In this document: positions 1 to 12,178 of the stretch, one piece after another
Position numbering within the stretch: the first letter of the stretch is position 1
How the letters are laid out: each line of letters opens with the position of its first letter
DNA from: Guillardia theta CCMP2712
Lineage: Eukaryota > Protista > Cryptophyta
Length of the DNA stretch: 64,000 bases
Assembly (NCBI RefSeq): GCF_000315625.1
Contig: NW_005434597.1
Span: 46,924-110,923 of the forward strand
Reading direction: 5' to 3'
Made by a program: the position numbers and the translations under genes
Notes under the pieces: generated by a model
Databases searched by the model: none
Told to the model about the DNA's origin: nothing
What the model saw: the letters and a program-made list of their open reading frames with translations, nothing else

Positions 1-3000
1 TTGCTGATCTTCTTGCTGAAGCACAAGAGAAGTTCCCTGATGGTGCGTCGCCTGCCTTTGGAAGTGCTTCCGCGGATCATCTCACCCAGCAAGCGCTTGC
101 AGTGCTGCAGGTGGATTTGACTGACATCCTCGACACCACTAGCCTGATCCAGGCGATCAAGCGCTACAGCTCCTTTGCGGGGACCGATGACCAAGGGTGG
201 AGGATTCGGCAACACCTGTCACCCCTTTCTAGTCATCCTGCAGCTTTGAAGCTCTACTGCAAACATATCCTCCAAGGGGTCCTTCTTGGCCGGATGCCGG
301 ATCTTCTTATTCCTGCCCTGTCAGCCATTCGTCGAGGAGGCAGATTTATTCCCCTCTCCAAGGGAGCTGATAAACCTGGTCTCCGGCCAATTGTCATCGG
401 TTCTGCACACCGTCGACTCGCGACGAAGCTTGCTTTGGCAGCGATTCGCTCATTTCTTGACCAGCACTTCCTCTCGTCTCACCCTCGAGCGATTCAGTTC
501 GGACTCGATCGAGACGGCTGTCTGAAGTTCTCGCAAACCGCGTCAGCGCTCCTGCCCCTTCACGCTCGCGGTGATGATGAGGATGTTGCCAACCCCACAG
601 TGCTGGTGAGTTTGGATGCAAAGAACGCCTTCAACTCCCTCGACCGCCAGGCTCTCTTCGACGCAATCGAGGGACGTGCGAGTCGCGACTACTTTGATGG
701 GAGCATCACTGAAGGCGCAAGCTTGCCCTCTTGCGAGCATCTCCGTTTGTTCGCCTCCTACCTCTCCAGCTACTATGGAGACTCTGCTGACCTTCGACTC
801 TTTCACAAAAGTCAGTCAGCCTCCGTTCAGTGTACCTCGGGCGTCTGTCAGGGCGATGTCCCCTCCAGCGTATTTTTCTGCCACAGTATCCACCCCCTGC
901 TCCTCCATATCGCAGAGCTTTTTCCCTCTGTTCGAGTCTTGGCCTATGCTGACAACGTCGTGCTTGTCGGTCCACTCGAGGATGCCGTTGCAGCTACGTC
1001 CGCTATGAAGAAGTACATGTTAGCTGATCTGAAGCTAGAGATTCAACCTCGCGAGTCGAAAGTTTACATCCCCTCCTGGCATCAACACCCTGATCTCTCG
1101 CAGCTGAAGAAGAGCCTTAAGCGCCGTCTCAAGACTCAACTTCTTCACTTCGAGGTCGTCACTGGCGGGATTACACTTGGCGGCCTGCCTATCGGCACGG
1201 ATGGATTTCATGCTAGTCAGCTCCGAGCGAAGGTTTCTACCCTCAACGAAGAGCTCTCGAAGCTCGGGCTCGTCCAGCATGGCTTCATGTTCAAGACGCT
1301 GGTGAGGGCGAGCCATCTCCAGAAGCTGCGCTTCTTCCTCCAGGGGTCTTCTCCGTTTCTCCCGCGGGTCCAATCACAGATTCGTCGCTTTGACCTCTCT
1401 GTCCACCTGGCGCTTGAGAAATACCACCGCTGGCCTTCCTCGCAGTACCTTGCCGCGCATCCCGACCTGCTAGAGTTTGCGAGGTTCAAGCGGGAGCTTC
1501 CGCATAGTCGGGGAGGGGACGAGTTCACGCCCTCTGAGGGTCTACACCCCGCTGTTTACTATACGGCTATCGCTCGCTTCCTCGCTTGGTACTCTGACCA
1601 GCCGATGTCCCGGATGTTGCCCTCTCCTCATAGCCTGGACGTTCACTGCTCGAGATCTCTCCGTGCCCAGAAGCATCCTCTGGCGACCTTCTTCGTTGAG
1701 GCGCACGACTTCGTTCATAATGCTGGAGCGATCCTCTACCGTCGTGTCAAGGCTCCTGCACCGGCTGCAGATGGCGCGGCGATCCCACCTGCCCCGGCTG
1801 CTGTGCCTGATGACGCAGGACGCCCCCCGGCATCTGTGGTACACATCCCTGGTTTGCGCGCTCTCGTCGACTCGTCTCATGAGCACTTCATTCCTCCCCC
1901 TGCGCAGCGAAATGTGACTCCTCTTGTAATGCGCGTCTTCCCTCGACATGTGCATGCTCGCGCTGCGCTGACCGCTCAGCAGCGTGATATCCTCACCTTG
2001 CACAGCCGCAGGACACACTCGCTCAAGTCGCAGGATAGGGTCTTGCAGTCTACCATCTTCGCTCATTTTCCTGAGCGAGACCTGAGCCACTCTCCGATGC
2101 GAGTCTCGAGCTACTACCCCCTCAAGGCCTTCCCGCACCGCTATGCTCAGATGCTCGACTGCTATCTCCATGGCATGCCGATCTGCCAGTGTCCGACGAA
2201 ATGTGATGGATGTCAGCGCGAGCTCGATCCCTCCGTTGCTGCACATCATCTCCAGACCTGCAAACGCCGATCCTCCAAGCTTCCCACGGCGCATGACAAC
2301 CTTACTCGTACGATTCGGTCGATGCTGAACGAAGCTGGTCTTCAGAGCGTCATCGATACAGTGGGGGATCCTCGTTCTCGACGGCAGGTACCCTCCCATC
2401 CTCATGACCGCAAGATAGGGCGATATCCACATCCCTGGAATCCGCGATCGAGGGTCCGAGCAGTACGAGGGCTTGATGGCGGACGTGACGTTGGTCCACC
2501 CTTACATTGGTAGCTCTGCCGACCTGACCAAGTGGGGGGAGGTCAACCTCGACGCCCTCCATGTTGCAGCGTCTGAGAAGATTCGCAAACATCGCGCTGC
2601 ATATGCTATGCCTACTCCTCCTCGAGCGTTCATCCCTCTTGCCATCTCGACGGACGGTACCCTGCATCCTGACACCCTCCGCTTCATCTGGTATTTGGCG
2701 GACATCATTGCTCAGCGCTCGATGCCTCTTGAGGATGCGGCGTTTGGTCGGCACTTCGTGCCTGATGACGGACCTGCTGCTGAGGTCTTGGCTCGCAAAC
2801 GCGCCGCCACCTATCAGCGCCTCACCATGCAGCTGACGCTGGAAGCGCTCTTGTCTGGTGCGAGGCGCATGACGCCCTTGCGGGCGCAAGCACTTCTCGA
2901 GCCAGAGGACAGCTCCTCCTCGGACTTTGTCGAGTCGCCCGAGGAGTCTTCGCCGGAGGACGTCTCGACTCCGATGGGGGAAACCCTTCGAGTGGCCCCG

Positions 3001-3045
3001 ACGATCGGCGCGGAGCTGGCGAAGCGTCTCCGTCCCTCACTGTGA
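1..3045 (+). mobile_element. CRE-like non-LTR retrotransposon ORF (RT + CCHC zinc knuckle + restriction-like PD-(D/E)xK endonuclease), one frameshift, 5' end off-window
   Basis: The frame is open from position 3. RT motifs: LRPIVIGSAHRRL, QFG, LDAKNAFNSLDR, GVCQGDVPSS, AYADN. Then CDGC-x10-H..C and AHD. After a +1 frameshift near 2415-2420 the reading continues HDRKI/GDI...MADVTLVHP...SEKIRKH...FIPLAISTDG (ORF 2473-3045), the typical RLE layout. Confidence 0.9.
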
Positions 3046-3668
3046 CGTCGGGTGCCTCCGGAGAGCTCGACACCACTGGGGTGCTTGCTGCTGGTCCGAG
3101 CTCGCCTGCTTCCTCCCCGGCATCGGTCGCCGGGTCACGCCGGTCCTTGGGCATTGCCGCGGCGTCGCCGCCGTCACGGGCGGCTACCACTGACTTGGCT
3201 ACCGCTGACTCGGAGGCTAGCGAGGAGGACTACCTCGAGCGGTACCGTGTTCATGTGTCCAGCCTCCCTCCGTCCGCTGCCCCAGGCGGACCCCCGGGCA
3301 ACGCCGGCTCCTTGTCGGCGGCTGCCCTTTCTCCGTCCCCGGCCGCCCGCTTTGTGGCGGCAGCGGACGTCTCGACTGACAGTGGTCAGTCGGCTGCCTC
3401 CGGGTATCGCGTCTAAGGGATTTTCTTCCTCCTGCATGCTCCTGCTGCTTGTTGCTTGATTGCTTGACCCTTAGGCTGCTTGTCTGCGCGGCTTCGCGCT
3501 TGGGCTGGCGCTGCCGCGTCTGGGTGCCAGCAGTGCTGGTTGTTTTCGGGCTTGTGTTTTGTGTGTGATTGTGCAGCTTCTCGCTGTGGACTGTGTACCT
3601 GCCGGTTCAGCTTGTTCCTGCTTTGTTTTGCTTGAGGCACTTTTTATCTTCTGCCAGTAAATCCTATA
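3046..3668 (+). mobile_element. 3' UTR of the CRE-like element, ending ...CTGCCAGTAAATCC(TATA) with no poly(A)
   Basis: Follows the stop at 3045. Downstream copies repeatedly end or begin at this same point. Confidence 0.75.
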
Positions 3669-6407
3669 ACTGTAAAAAGTGCGCCGGGGGTCTCCGACTC
3701 CGATGGGGGAAACACGTCGAGTGGCGCCGACGATCGGCGCGGAGCTGGCGAGGCGTCTCCGTCCCTCACTGTGACGTCGGGTGCCTCCGGAGAGCTCGAC
3801 ACCACTGGGGTGCAACAGGAGGAGACCTACGGATTTGCAACAAGCAGCAGGAGCATGCAGGAGGAATAACATCCCTTGTTGCTTGATTGCTTGACCCTTA
3901 GGCTGCTTGTCTGCGCGGCTTCGCGCTTGGGCTGGCGACGCCGCGTCTGGGTGCCAGCAGTGCTGGATCTTTTTGGGCTTGTGTTTTGTGTGTGATTGTG
4001 CAGCTTCTCGCTGTGCGCTGTGTGCCTGGAGGTTTAGCTTGTTCCTGCACTTTTTACCTTCTGCCAGTAAATCCGTACCTTCCGTCCGCGGCCGCCAGCT
4101 TTGTGGCGGCGACTGACAGTGGTCAGTCGGCTGCCTCCGGGCAGTCCGATTTACTGGCAGACCGGGTATCGCGTCTAAGGGATTTTATTCCTCCTCCTGC
4201 ATGCTCCTGCTGCTTGTTGCTTGATTGCCTGACCCTTCGGCTGCTAGAGTCCCGTCTGAATGATAGTGGATTTACTGGCAGAAGGTAAAAAGTGCCTCAA
4301 GCAAAACAATAGTGGATTTACTGGCAGAGGGTAAAAAGTGCCTCAAGCAGAACAAAGCAGGAACAAGCTAAACCTCCAGGCACACAGCAAAATAAAGCAG
4401 GAACAAGCTAAACCTCCAGGCACACAGCGCACAGCGAGAAGCTGCAGTGCACAATCACACACAAAACACAAGCCCGAAAAGAACCAGCACTGCTGGCACC
4501 CAGACGCGGCAGCGCCAGCCCAAGCGCGAAGCCTCGCAGACAAGCAGCCTAAGGGTCAAGCAATCAAGCAACAAGCAGCAGGAGCATGCAGGAGGAATAA
4601 AATCCCTTTAAGGAGACGCGATACCCGGAGGCAGCCGACTGACCACTGTCAGTCGAGACGTCCGCTGCCGCCACAAGCGGGCGGCCGCGGACGGAGAAAG
4701 GGCAGCCGCCGACAAGGAGCCGGCGCTGCCCGGGTGTCCGCCTGGGGCAGCGGACGGAGGGAGGCTGGACACAGGAACACGGTACCGCTCGAGGTAGTCC
4801 TCCTCGCTAGCCTCCGAGTCAGCGGTAGCCGAGTCAGTGGTAGCCGCCCGTGACGGCGGCGACGCCGCAGCAATGCCCAAGGACCGGCGTGACCCGACCG
4901 ATGCCGGGGAGGAAGCAGGCGATCTCGGACCAGCAGCAAGCACCCCAGTGGTGTCGAGCTCTCCGGAGGCACCCGACGTCACAGTGAGGGACGGAGACGC
5001 CTCGCCAGCTCCGCGCCGATCGTCGGCGCCACTCGACGTGTTTCCGATCAAGCAACAAGCAGCAGGAGCATGCAGGTTTAGCTTGTTCCTGCTTTGTTTT
5101 GCTTGAGGCACTTTTTACCTTCTGCCAGTAAATCCTATACTCTTCCTGCAGGTATAGGATTTACTGGCAGAAGGTAAAAAGTGCCTCAAGCAAAACAAAG
5201 CAGGAACAAGCGCTGATAGGTGGCGGCGCGTTTGCGAGCCAGGACCTCAGCAGCAGGTCCGTCATCAGGCACGAAGTGCCTGCAGGAACAGCACTGCTGG
5301 CACCCAGACGCGGCATCGCCAGCCCAAGCGCGAAGCCGCGCAGACAAGCAGCCTAAGGGTCAAGCAATCAAGCAACAAGCAGCAGGAGCATGCAGGAGGA
5401 ATAAAATCCCTTAGACGCGATACCCGGAGGCAGCCGACTGACCACTGTCAGTCGAGACGTCCGCTGCCGCCACAAAGCGGGCGGCCGCGGACGAAGAAAG
5501 GGCAGCCGCCGACAAGGAGCCGGCGTTGCCCGGGGGTCCGCCTAGGGCAGCGGACGGAGGGAGGCTGGACACAGGAACACGGTACCGCTCGAGGTAGTCC
5601 TCCTCGCTAGCCTCCGAGTCAGCGGTAGCCGAGTCAGCATCCTATGCAAATCAGCGGTAGCCGTCCGTGACGGCGGCGACGCCGCAGCAATGCCCAAGGA
5701 CCGGCGTGATCGGAGTCGGAGACCTCCGGCGAAGACTCCCCCTCGGGCGACTCGACAAAGTCCGAGGAGGAGCTGTCCTCTGGCTCGAGAAGTGCTTGCT
5801 TCCGCAAGGGCGTCATGCGCCTGGCACCAGACAAGAGCGCCTCCAGCGTCAGCTGCATGGTGAGGCGCTGATAGGTGGCGGCGCGTTTGCGAGCCAGGAC
5901 CTTTTGTCTGCGTGGCTTCGCGCTTGGGCTGGCGCTTGAGGCACTTTTTACCTTCTGCCAGTGGTCAGTCGGCTGCCTCCGGGTATCGCGTCTAAGGGAT
6001 TTTATTCCTCCTGCATGCTCCTGCTGCTTGTTGCTTGATTGCCTGACCCTTCGGCTGCTTGTCTGCGCGGCTTCGCGCTTGGGCTGGCCGCCTGCCGCGT
6101 CTGGGTGCCAGCAGTGCTGGTTCTTTTCGGGCTTGTGTTTTGTGTGTGATTGTGCAGCTTCTCGCTGTGCGCTGTGTGCCTGGAGGTTTAGCTTGTTCCT
6201 GCTTTGTTTTGCTTGAGGCACTTTTTACCTTCTGCCAGTAAATCCACTTGCAAGACCCTTCATCTTGCGGCCATGAGGATGGGAGGGTACCTGCCGTCGA
6301 GAACGAGGATCCCCCACTGTATCGATGACGCTCTGAAGACCAGCTTCGTTCCGAGCATCGACCGAAAAGTGCCTCAAGCAAAACAAAGCAGGAACAAGCT
6401 GAACCGG
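3669..6407. repeat. Scrambled mosaic of CRE-like element 3' fragments in both orientations (left part)
   Basis: Examples: 3690-3813 matches 2960-3083 (+); 4310-5047 is the reverse complement of ~2985-3665; 5710-5900 reverses ~2785-2975; 6270-6365 reverses ~2315-2415. Confidence 0.9.
5081..5211. repeat. Perfect 60-bp inverted repeat with 11-nt spacer, formed by two element termini tail-to-tail
   Basis: 5081-5140 (gcttgttcct...aatcctatac) is the reverse complement of 5152-5211; the spacer is tcttcctgcag. Confidence 0.9.
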
Positions 6408-6900
6408 TATCAGAGCTCATAGGATAGCGAGCCCAACACAGGAGTGGTCAACACTCGAAATGTGGACAGCACACAAGGATAGCCTCTACAACTATCCAGA
6501 CGAAAGACAGTGATTCTCTAACGGCTACTTTGGTTCAGAAGTCGGACCCCTCCGGGACGGCTTCCCTATCAAGCACCGGTGGAGCTCTCCTTTCTGGTAG
6601 AAACAAGAACAGGAGCAGCGCATGGACCAAAGGGGCCATAGCGACGGCACGAGGCAGGAAGACTCGTGCAAGCGAGGACCACTACCCCTGGGACTTCCAC
6701 AGGGCTATAAAAGGATCAAGATCTTCATCTCTAGGTGGTCTGTCTTCCCTCCCTCTGTGTACCACGCATTTCCCTGTGTTGGTGTGGTTGCTGCAATAAA
6801 GCTTGATAATACTGTCTAGCACCATCTGTGGGAGTCCAGCGGAGGTTCTTTGAGCATTCGCTTGGCTAGTGTGCAACCCGTAAAGCTTCGGGGTGTAACA
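6408..6900 (+). repeat. 5' LTR (493 bp; TATCAG...GTAACA)
   Basis: Matches 12179-12670 except about 1 substitution and 1 indel (ctgtgggagtcc vs ctgtgtgatcc). TATAAAA at 6706-6712, AATAAA at 6795-6800. Followed by the PBS-like TAAATTGGTAGTGAAG. Confidence 0.95.
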
Positions 6901-6990
6901 TAAATTGGTAGTGAAGTGTTGGTGCAGTGTTATCTTGCGGATTTGTGGTGACCGTGTTTCTACTTTCCCCCTTTCCCCTGCCTACCCCTG

Positions 6991-9900
6991 ATGACACATT
7001 ATACACGTCGCACTGCTCACGCTAGCAAACAGACAGCGACCGGAGACGCACTGCTTTCTGATACGGAATGGCAGTCTGCGGCGGGTCACAGCGATACGGA
7101 GGATTTGCTCCCTCAGGAGGAAGATACCCAGCAACTGCCACAAACCTTCGGTGTGCCCACGGAGACGCTTACGATGGAGGGTCTCGCGCAACAAGTGGCC
7201 TTGCTGCAGGCGCAATTAGCCGCCGCCTTTCAGATGGGTGCTCTGATAGCCCCTCAGCAGCCCGCGGCGCCGACGCCGGCAGCTTCTACTGGACAGCATC
7301 CCGCAGCGGCGGGACGCTCCAATGTGTCAGGTGACACACATGCTCAGATGGTGGCAAAGTTGCGCTCAGTGCCAAAGCTGGACACTACGAGGCAGTCACC
7401 ACAACGCAACATTCTCACATGGCTCACAGCTATGCAGTATGAACTAAAGTTGCATCAGATACCCACAGCCTGCTGGGTTCTTTGTGCCCTGGATTTCTTG
7501 GACCAGGCGGCACGCGACTACTATGTGCAAGCCTATTCGGCTACCGAACTTCGAGAGCTTCCCTGGGTGAAGTTCGCCACCCAGCTCAAGTCCCAACACA
7601 TGCCATTGGGACTTCGAGCACAACTCGTTGCCTGTCTGGATCACCTCCGTCAGGAGCCGCAAGAATCCATGGCAACATACTACAAGCGTACGAAGCTTCT
7701 GCCAAAGAACAACTAGATCTCATTCCCGGTGGTGCGGCATTCGCCACCGATGTGATCCTGCGTGAACGCTTTGCAACGGGCATCACTAACGTGACAACGA
7801 AGCTTCTCCTCAATGCATGGAGTGCTTCCCATCTGCAAACGACAGGCTCGGAGCCGACGTTTCCCCGGAAACGTCGGCTTCCCCCGGAAACGTCGACACT
7901 GCACGATGCCAGATGGCTCCGTCAAACAGCTGAATGCTGTGATGCGGGTAAGCCCAATCGAGGTAAGGGAACCCCTGCTGTCACGGGAGTCCCGGGTCAG
8001 TCCCGTTCGGGGGGCAATCCGCAGCACACACGGGGTCGCTCAGGACGTCACTCGTCCAGGGATCAACGACGGGATAACGGCCGTCGCCAGGAGCGACAGC
8101 CTTCTCGATCACCCAGCGCAGAGCGCCGCAATGTCATCTGCCATGCATGAGGACGCTCGGGACACTATGCTAAGGACTGCCGACGAGCTCGTCGCAGCCA
8201 GAGCCCTCATCAGGCCCGCGCACGATCCCCTCGTGCATCGTCCTCGCCAGCGCGCGAAGATGAACAATTCCCCTCTGGTGAAGAGGACGAGCCCACTACC
8301 GCTGCCGTGACGACTCGGCAGGGTAAGCGTGCTGACGCTCAGTCTCGTCGACGCCACCACGTGCAGTTTGATGGCGAAGCACAAGACTTGCTGCAAATGA
8401 ATACGCTGACAGTTCAGACCGCCTCGACGCTGACTCAGGCGGCAGACATCGACTCCAACCTGCTCTACCTGCCCATTCAAATTGAGTCGGAACGAGCAGA
8501 ACAACCCAGAGAAATCCTGGCGCTCCTGGACACGGGGGCGCAGGCATCCATTCTCTCGCGTGCGATTGTAGACGAACTCAGGTTATCTACGCACAAGATC
8601 GCCACCCCGGTGAAGGTCCAGTTCGCCAAGGACGACAGATCGGTTATAGTTCGGGACGCATGTCACCTTGACTTCCGGATCACAGGCACTGACGTCAGGG
8701 CTCAGGAGGAGTTCCTCATCCTTGATGCACACGCGGCGCTGCCCGCCATTCTGAGCCACCCGTTCATCACGAAGTTAAAGATGCAGATCGACTTCTATGA
8801 ACGACGGATTTCCATTCCCTCCTCGACCCACCCCGGACGTCGACAGCAGCTTCCTGTCGCTATGATGTTCCCGCGTGGTCCGCCGGCTGATACATCCTCA
8901 GCGCAAACGACGCCTGCGGGTGCTTGCATATTTCATCCCACTGCTGACACGCTGTGCCATGACATGCGACACGATCTCGCAGGATCGAGACCTCTGGGTC
9001 CCGATGAATTCCCTTGGATCATGACGTCGCTGACAGAAGAGTTTCCGACTACGATGCACGCGCCGTCGGATCCGAGCCCCGAATCCCTTGACGCCGCCGT
9101 CGCGGCATTACTTCAGCAGCTGATCAAGGACTTCGACGACGTCATTGTCGATGAACTTCCAATCCAGGCTCCCATCTCTCGCGGTGAGTATGATGTCGAC
9201 CTGAAGGTTCGCGAAGGCGCGCAGCCGGTGCGTCTTCGTCCATATCGTCTTCCCTCGGCGCTTCAAACTCCGATGGGAAACACACTTCGCTTCCTGCTGG
9301 AGCGCGACCTCATTGAACGGGACGACAATGCTCTTTACCAGAGTCCGGTTATCTTCGTCCGCAAAGGCACCTCGCCTAATGGTGAGCCCATCTGGCGCTT
9401 CTGTGTGGACTATCGGCAAGTTAATGCACAACTCATCGATGACAATTTTCCCCCTCCCATTCCCACAGAACTCATGGAGCGTGTGGGGCGCCAACTGGCA
9501 GCAAACCCGCCAGGTACTCCGCTATGGTTGAGCAAAGTCGACTTAGCTAGCGGGTTTTGGCAACTGAAGCTCACACCTCAGAGCAGTCAGTACACAGGAT
9601 TTGTGACTGAGCAAGGGGCTTACAAATTCAAAGCGCTTCCGTTCGGTCTGAAAACAGCGACGGCCGCCTTCCAAAAGTTTACGCAAGGTATACTGGCTGA
9701 CATCCCCAACGCGCTTGTGTACGTTGATGATGTGCTCCTCTGTACAGCGGGCACGCAAGAAGCGCATCTCGAGGATATTCGCCGCGTCCTGCAGCGCTTC
9801 CGTGAGCACAGAGTTTATGTCAAACGTAGCAAGTGCTCATTCATGCAACAGCAGCTTGATTTCTTGGGGTATACCATCACCCAAGCTGGCATCGCCACGG

Positions 9901-12073
9901 AGCCTAACAAGGTCCAGGCCATTCAACAATATCCGACGCCGGCTTCCGTCAAACGGCAAACTTCTATCGCAAATTCGTCAGCAACTATGCGCGCCTATCC
10001 TCTACGCTGTCAGATCTCTTACAGAACAGTCAGCGCCGTTTCGTATGGACTAAATCTGCTCAGATCGCATTTGATGCCTTGAAACAAGCATTAGCCACTA
10101 CTCCAGTCTTGTGGCACTTTCAGCAGGATCGCGCGACCATCCTGTACACCGATGCTAGTGACCTAGCCATTGGCGCGACTCTACATCAACGCGATCGACA
10201 TGGCAATGAGCATCCAATCGCCTACTATAGCAAGAAGCTGTCTTCCGCTGAACGCAACTATTCGACCTATGAACGCGAGCTCTTGGCTCTCAAGGAGAGT
10301 TTGAAGCACTTCTCCTACTACCTCATCGGACGCCGCTTCAAAGTCAAAACCGATCATCATAGCTTGATTCGCCTGACGACTCAGCCCGAGCTATCCCCTC
10401 GCCTTGCCAGATGGCTGTCTATCTTCCTGCAGTACGATAGGGAAATCGAGCACATCCCAGGGGAACAGAATTCTGTTGCCGATGCGCTCAGCCGTGTGGT
10501 CGACTCCTCGCCCGATCCGGCATCCGCTGCAGCTCGCGAGACGCGCATTGACGACATGGCCAGAGATCTCCTCGTGGGTTTGCATCACATCCAGATCCTG
10601 ACCAATGCCAACTTCTCTCAACAGCTCCTCCATCACTATGCGACCTGCCCGGACTTCCAGATCCTCTTTCAACTAGGACGTGACGGCGAGCTGGTAGGAC
10701 AACCAGGCTGCAAGTCGTTCATCTACCAAGACGAACTGCTCTTCCATCAAGACTCCTTGGGTCGTCGTCGCATCTGCATCCCCATCGCCATGCGGCCAGC
10801 CATACTCCGCATGGGCCATGACGAAGCGGGTCACCTCGGCTCTGACAAGACATATCTCGACCTGGCCACCAAGGTATATTGGTCCAACATGAAGCGTGAT
10901 GTTGAGAATTATGTGCATTCTTGTCTGACCTGCCAAGCCGCCAAGGCATACAAGCAGAGGCCTGTGGGGCTTCCAAAGAGCCATGACGTTCCGGCTGACA
11001 AATTCGACGTACTCTCAGTTGACATTCTCAGCGGACTTCCCATTACCTCTGAAGGCTATGACGCCATCTTCGTCATGGTTGACTCCTTCTCGCAGCATGT
11101 TACCTTGGCTCCGACGACCAAGGACGCAACACAGAACGCGGGGTCTGCCCAAGGCGATCATCTCCGACAACGGCTCAAATTTGTCTTCCCGCTTCTGGGA
11201 TGCGTTGTTTGAGACTCTGGGTGTACAGGTCCGCCACTCATCCAAGTATCACCCTCAAAGCAATGGCCGGGTGGAACGCGCAAACGCTACCATCCTCGAC
11301 ATGCTCAGGACGCGCCTGACCGCCGCTCGTGACGATTGGAGCTCTCATCTTCCTTTTCTCGAGTTTGCCCTCAACCATGCGCCTCGCAAGGAAACGGGTC
11401 TCTCGGCCTTTCAAGTGGAGTACCGGGTCGCAATCCTCGCTCCGCCATGGACTTGACGCTCAGTCCGGTGATTCCTGAGGTGCAATCTACACTTGATCTC
11501 ATCCAGGTGAATGAGAATGTCGTGCGCGACAAGCTCGCAGCAATGGCCAATCGCACCGAAGCTGCCTTACTTCAGACGCGCAGAGTTCTCAACTGGCACG
11601 TTGGTGATCAGGTGTGGCTGGATGCAAGACTCTTCAATCAAACCTTTGAAGTGCGCAAGTTTCGTGAAAAGTTTCTGGGACCCTTTGTGATCACTGAAGT
11701 CTTATCCAACAACAACTACAGAATCAACGTGCATCAACGTTTCCCCAAGATGACCATCGACGTCTTCAACGCCAAGTTTCTTCGTCCTCACATTCAACGA
11801 CAGCCCCAGCTGGACTCAGCTCCGCCTCCCCAGCCTCTCCCGGACTTCTATGAAGTGGAGCGCCTACTCGCTGATCGCACGCAGCGCGGACGCAAGGAGT
11901 ATCTCGTTCGCTGGAAGGGTTTCTCCTCTGCTGATGACACATGGGAACCAGTGGAACATCTCGTTCGCACTCGAGCGCTTCGCAACTTGGTTCAACGCTA
12001 CGACAGGGCCAAACAGCGTGAGCGACGTCCGGTACCTTCCTCTGCTCAGGGACGGCGTTCACGCCGCCTTTGA
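6991..12073 (+). pseudogene. Disrupted gag-pol polyprotein of the chromovirus
   Basis: Gag (LRQEPQESMATYY); zinc knuckle CHA*GRSGHYAKDC; protease LLDTGA; RT WRFCVDYRQVN, KVDLASGFWQ, YVDD; RNase H TDASD...RNYSTYERELLA...TDH; integrase HDEAGH...CLTC, SDNG, HPQSNGRVER; chromodomain YEVERLL...EYLVRWKGFSSADDTWEP. About 5 disablements. Confidence 0.95.
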
Positions 12074-12178
12074 CCGCTCTTTGACTTTGGTCTAGGTGCG
12101 AGTTTGCGGGAGCGTATCAGAGCAAAGAAAGCGAAGTTTTCTGAGTCCTGAGCACTCCAAGAAAGCGCAGAAAGAGCG

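Noticed and set aside
3640-6400. CRISPR-like or telomeric array
   Set aside because: Spacing is irregular, orientations are mixed, intervening pieces derive from the same element, and there are no cas genes or short telomeric repeats.
3042-6420. Many 60-195 aa ORFs (MPQAKQSRNKLN..., MSARLRAWAG...)
   Set aside because: They are translations of the repeated UTR fragments, not genes.
6901-6925. Tf1/sushi-type self-priming PBS
   Set aside because: Only about 7 nt of complementarity (CACTACC) to the LTR, and it lies upstream of the TATA box; not convincing.
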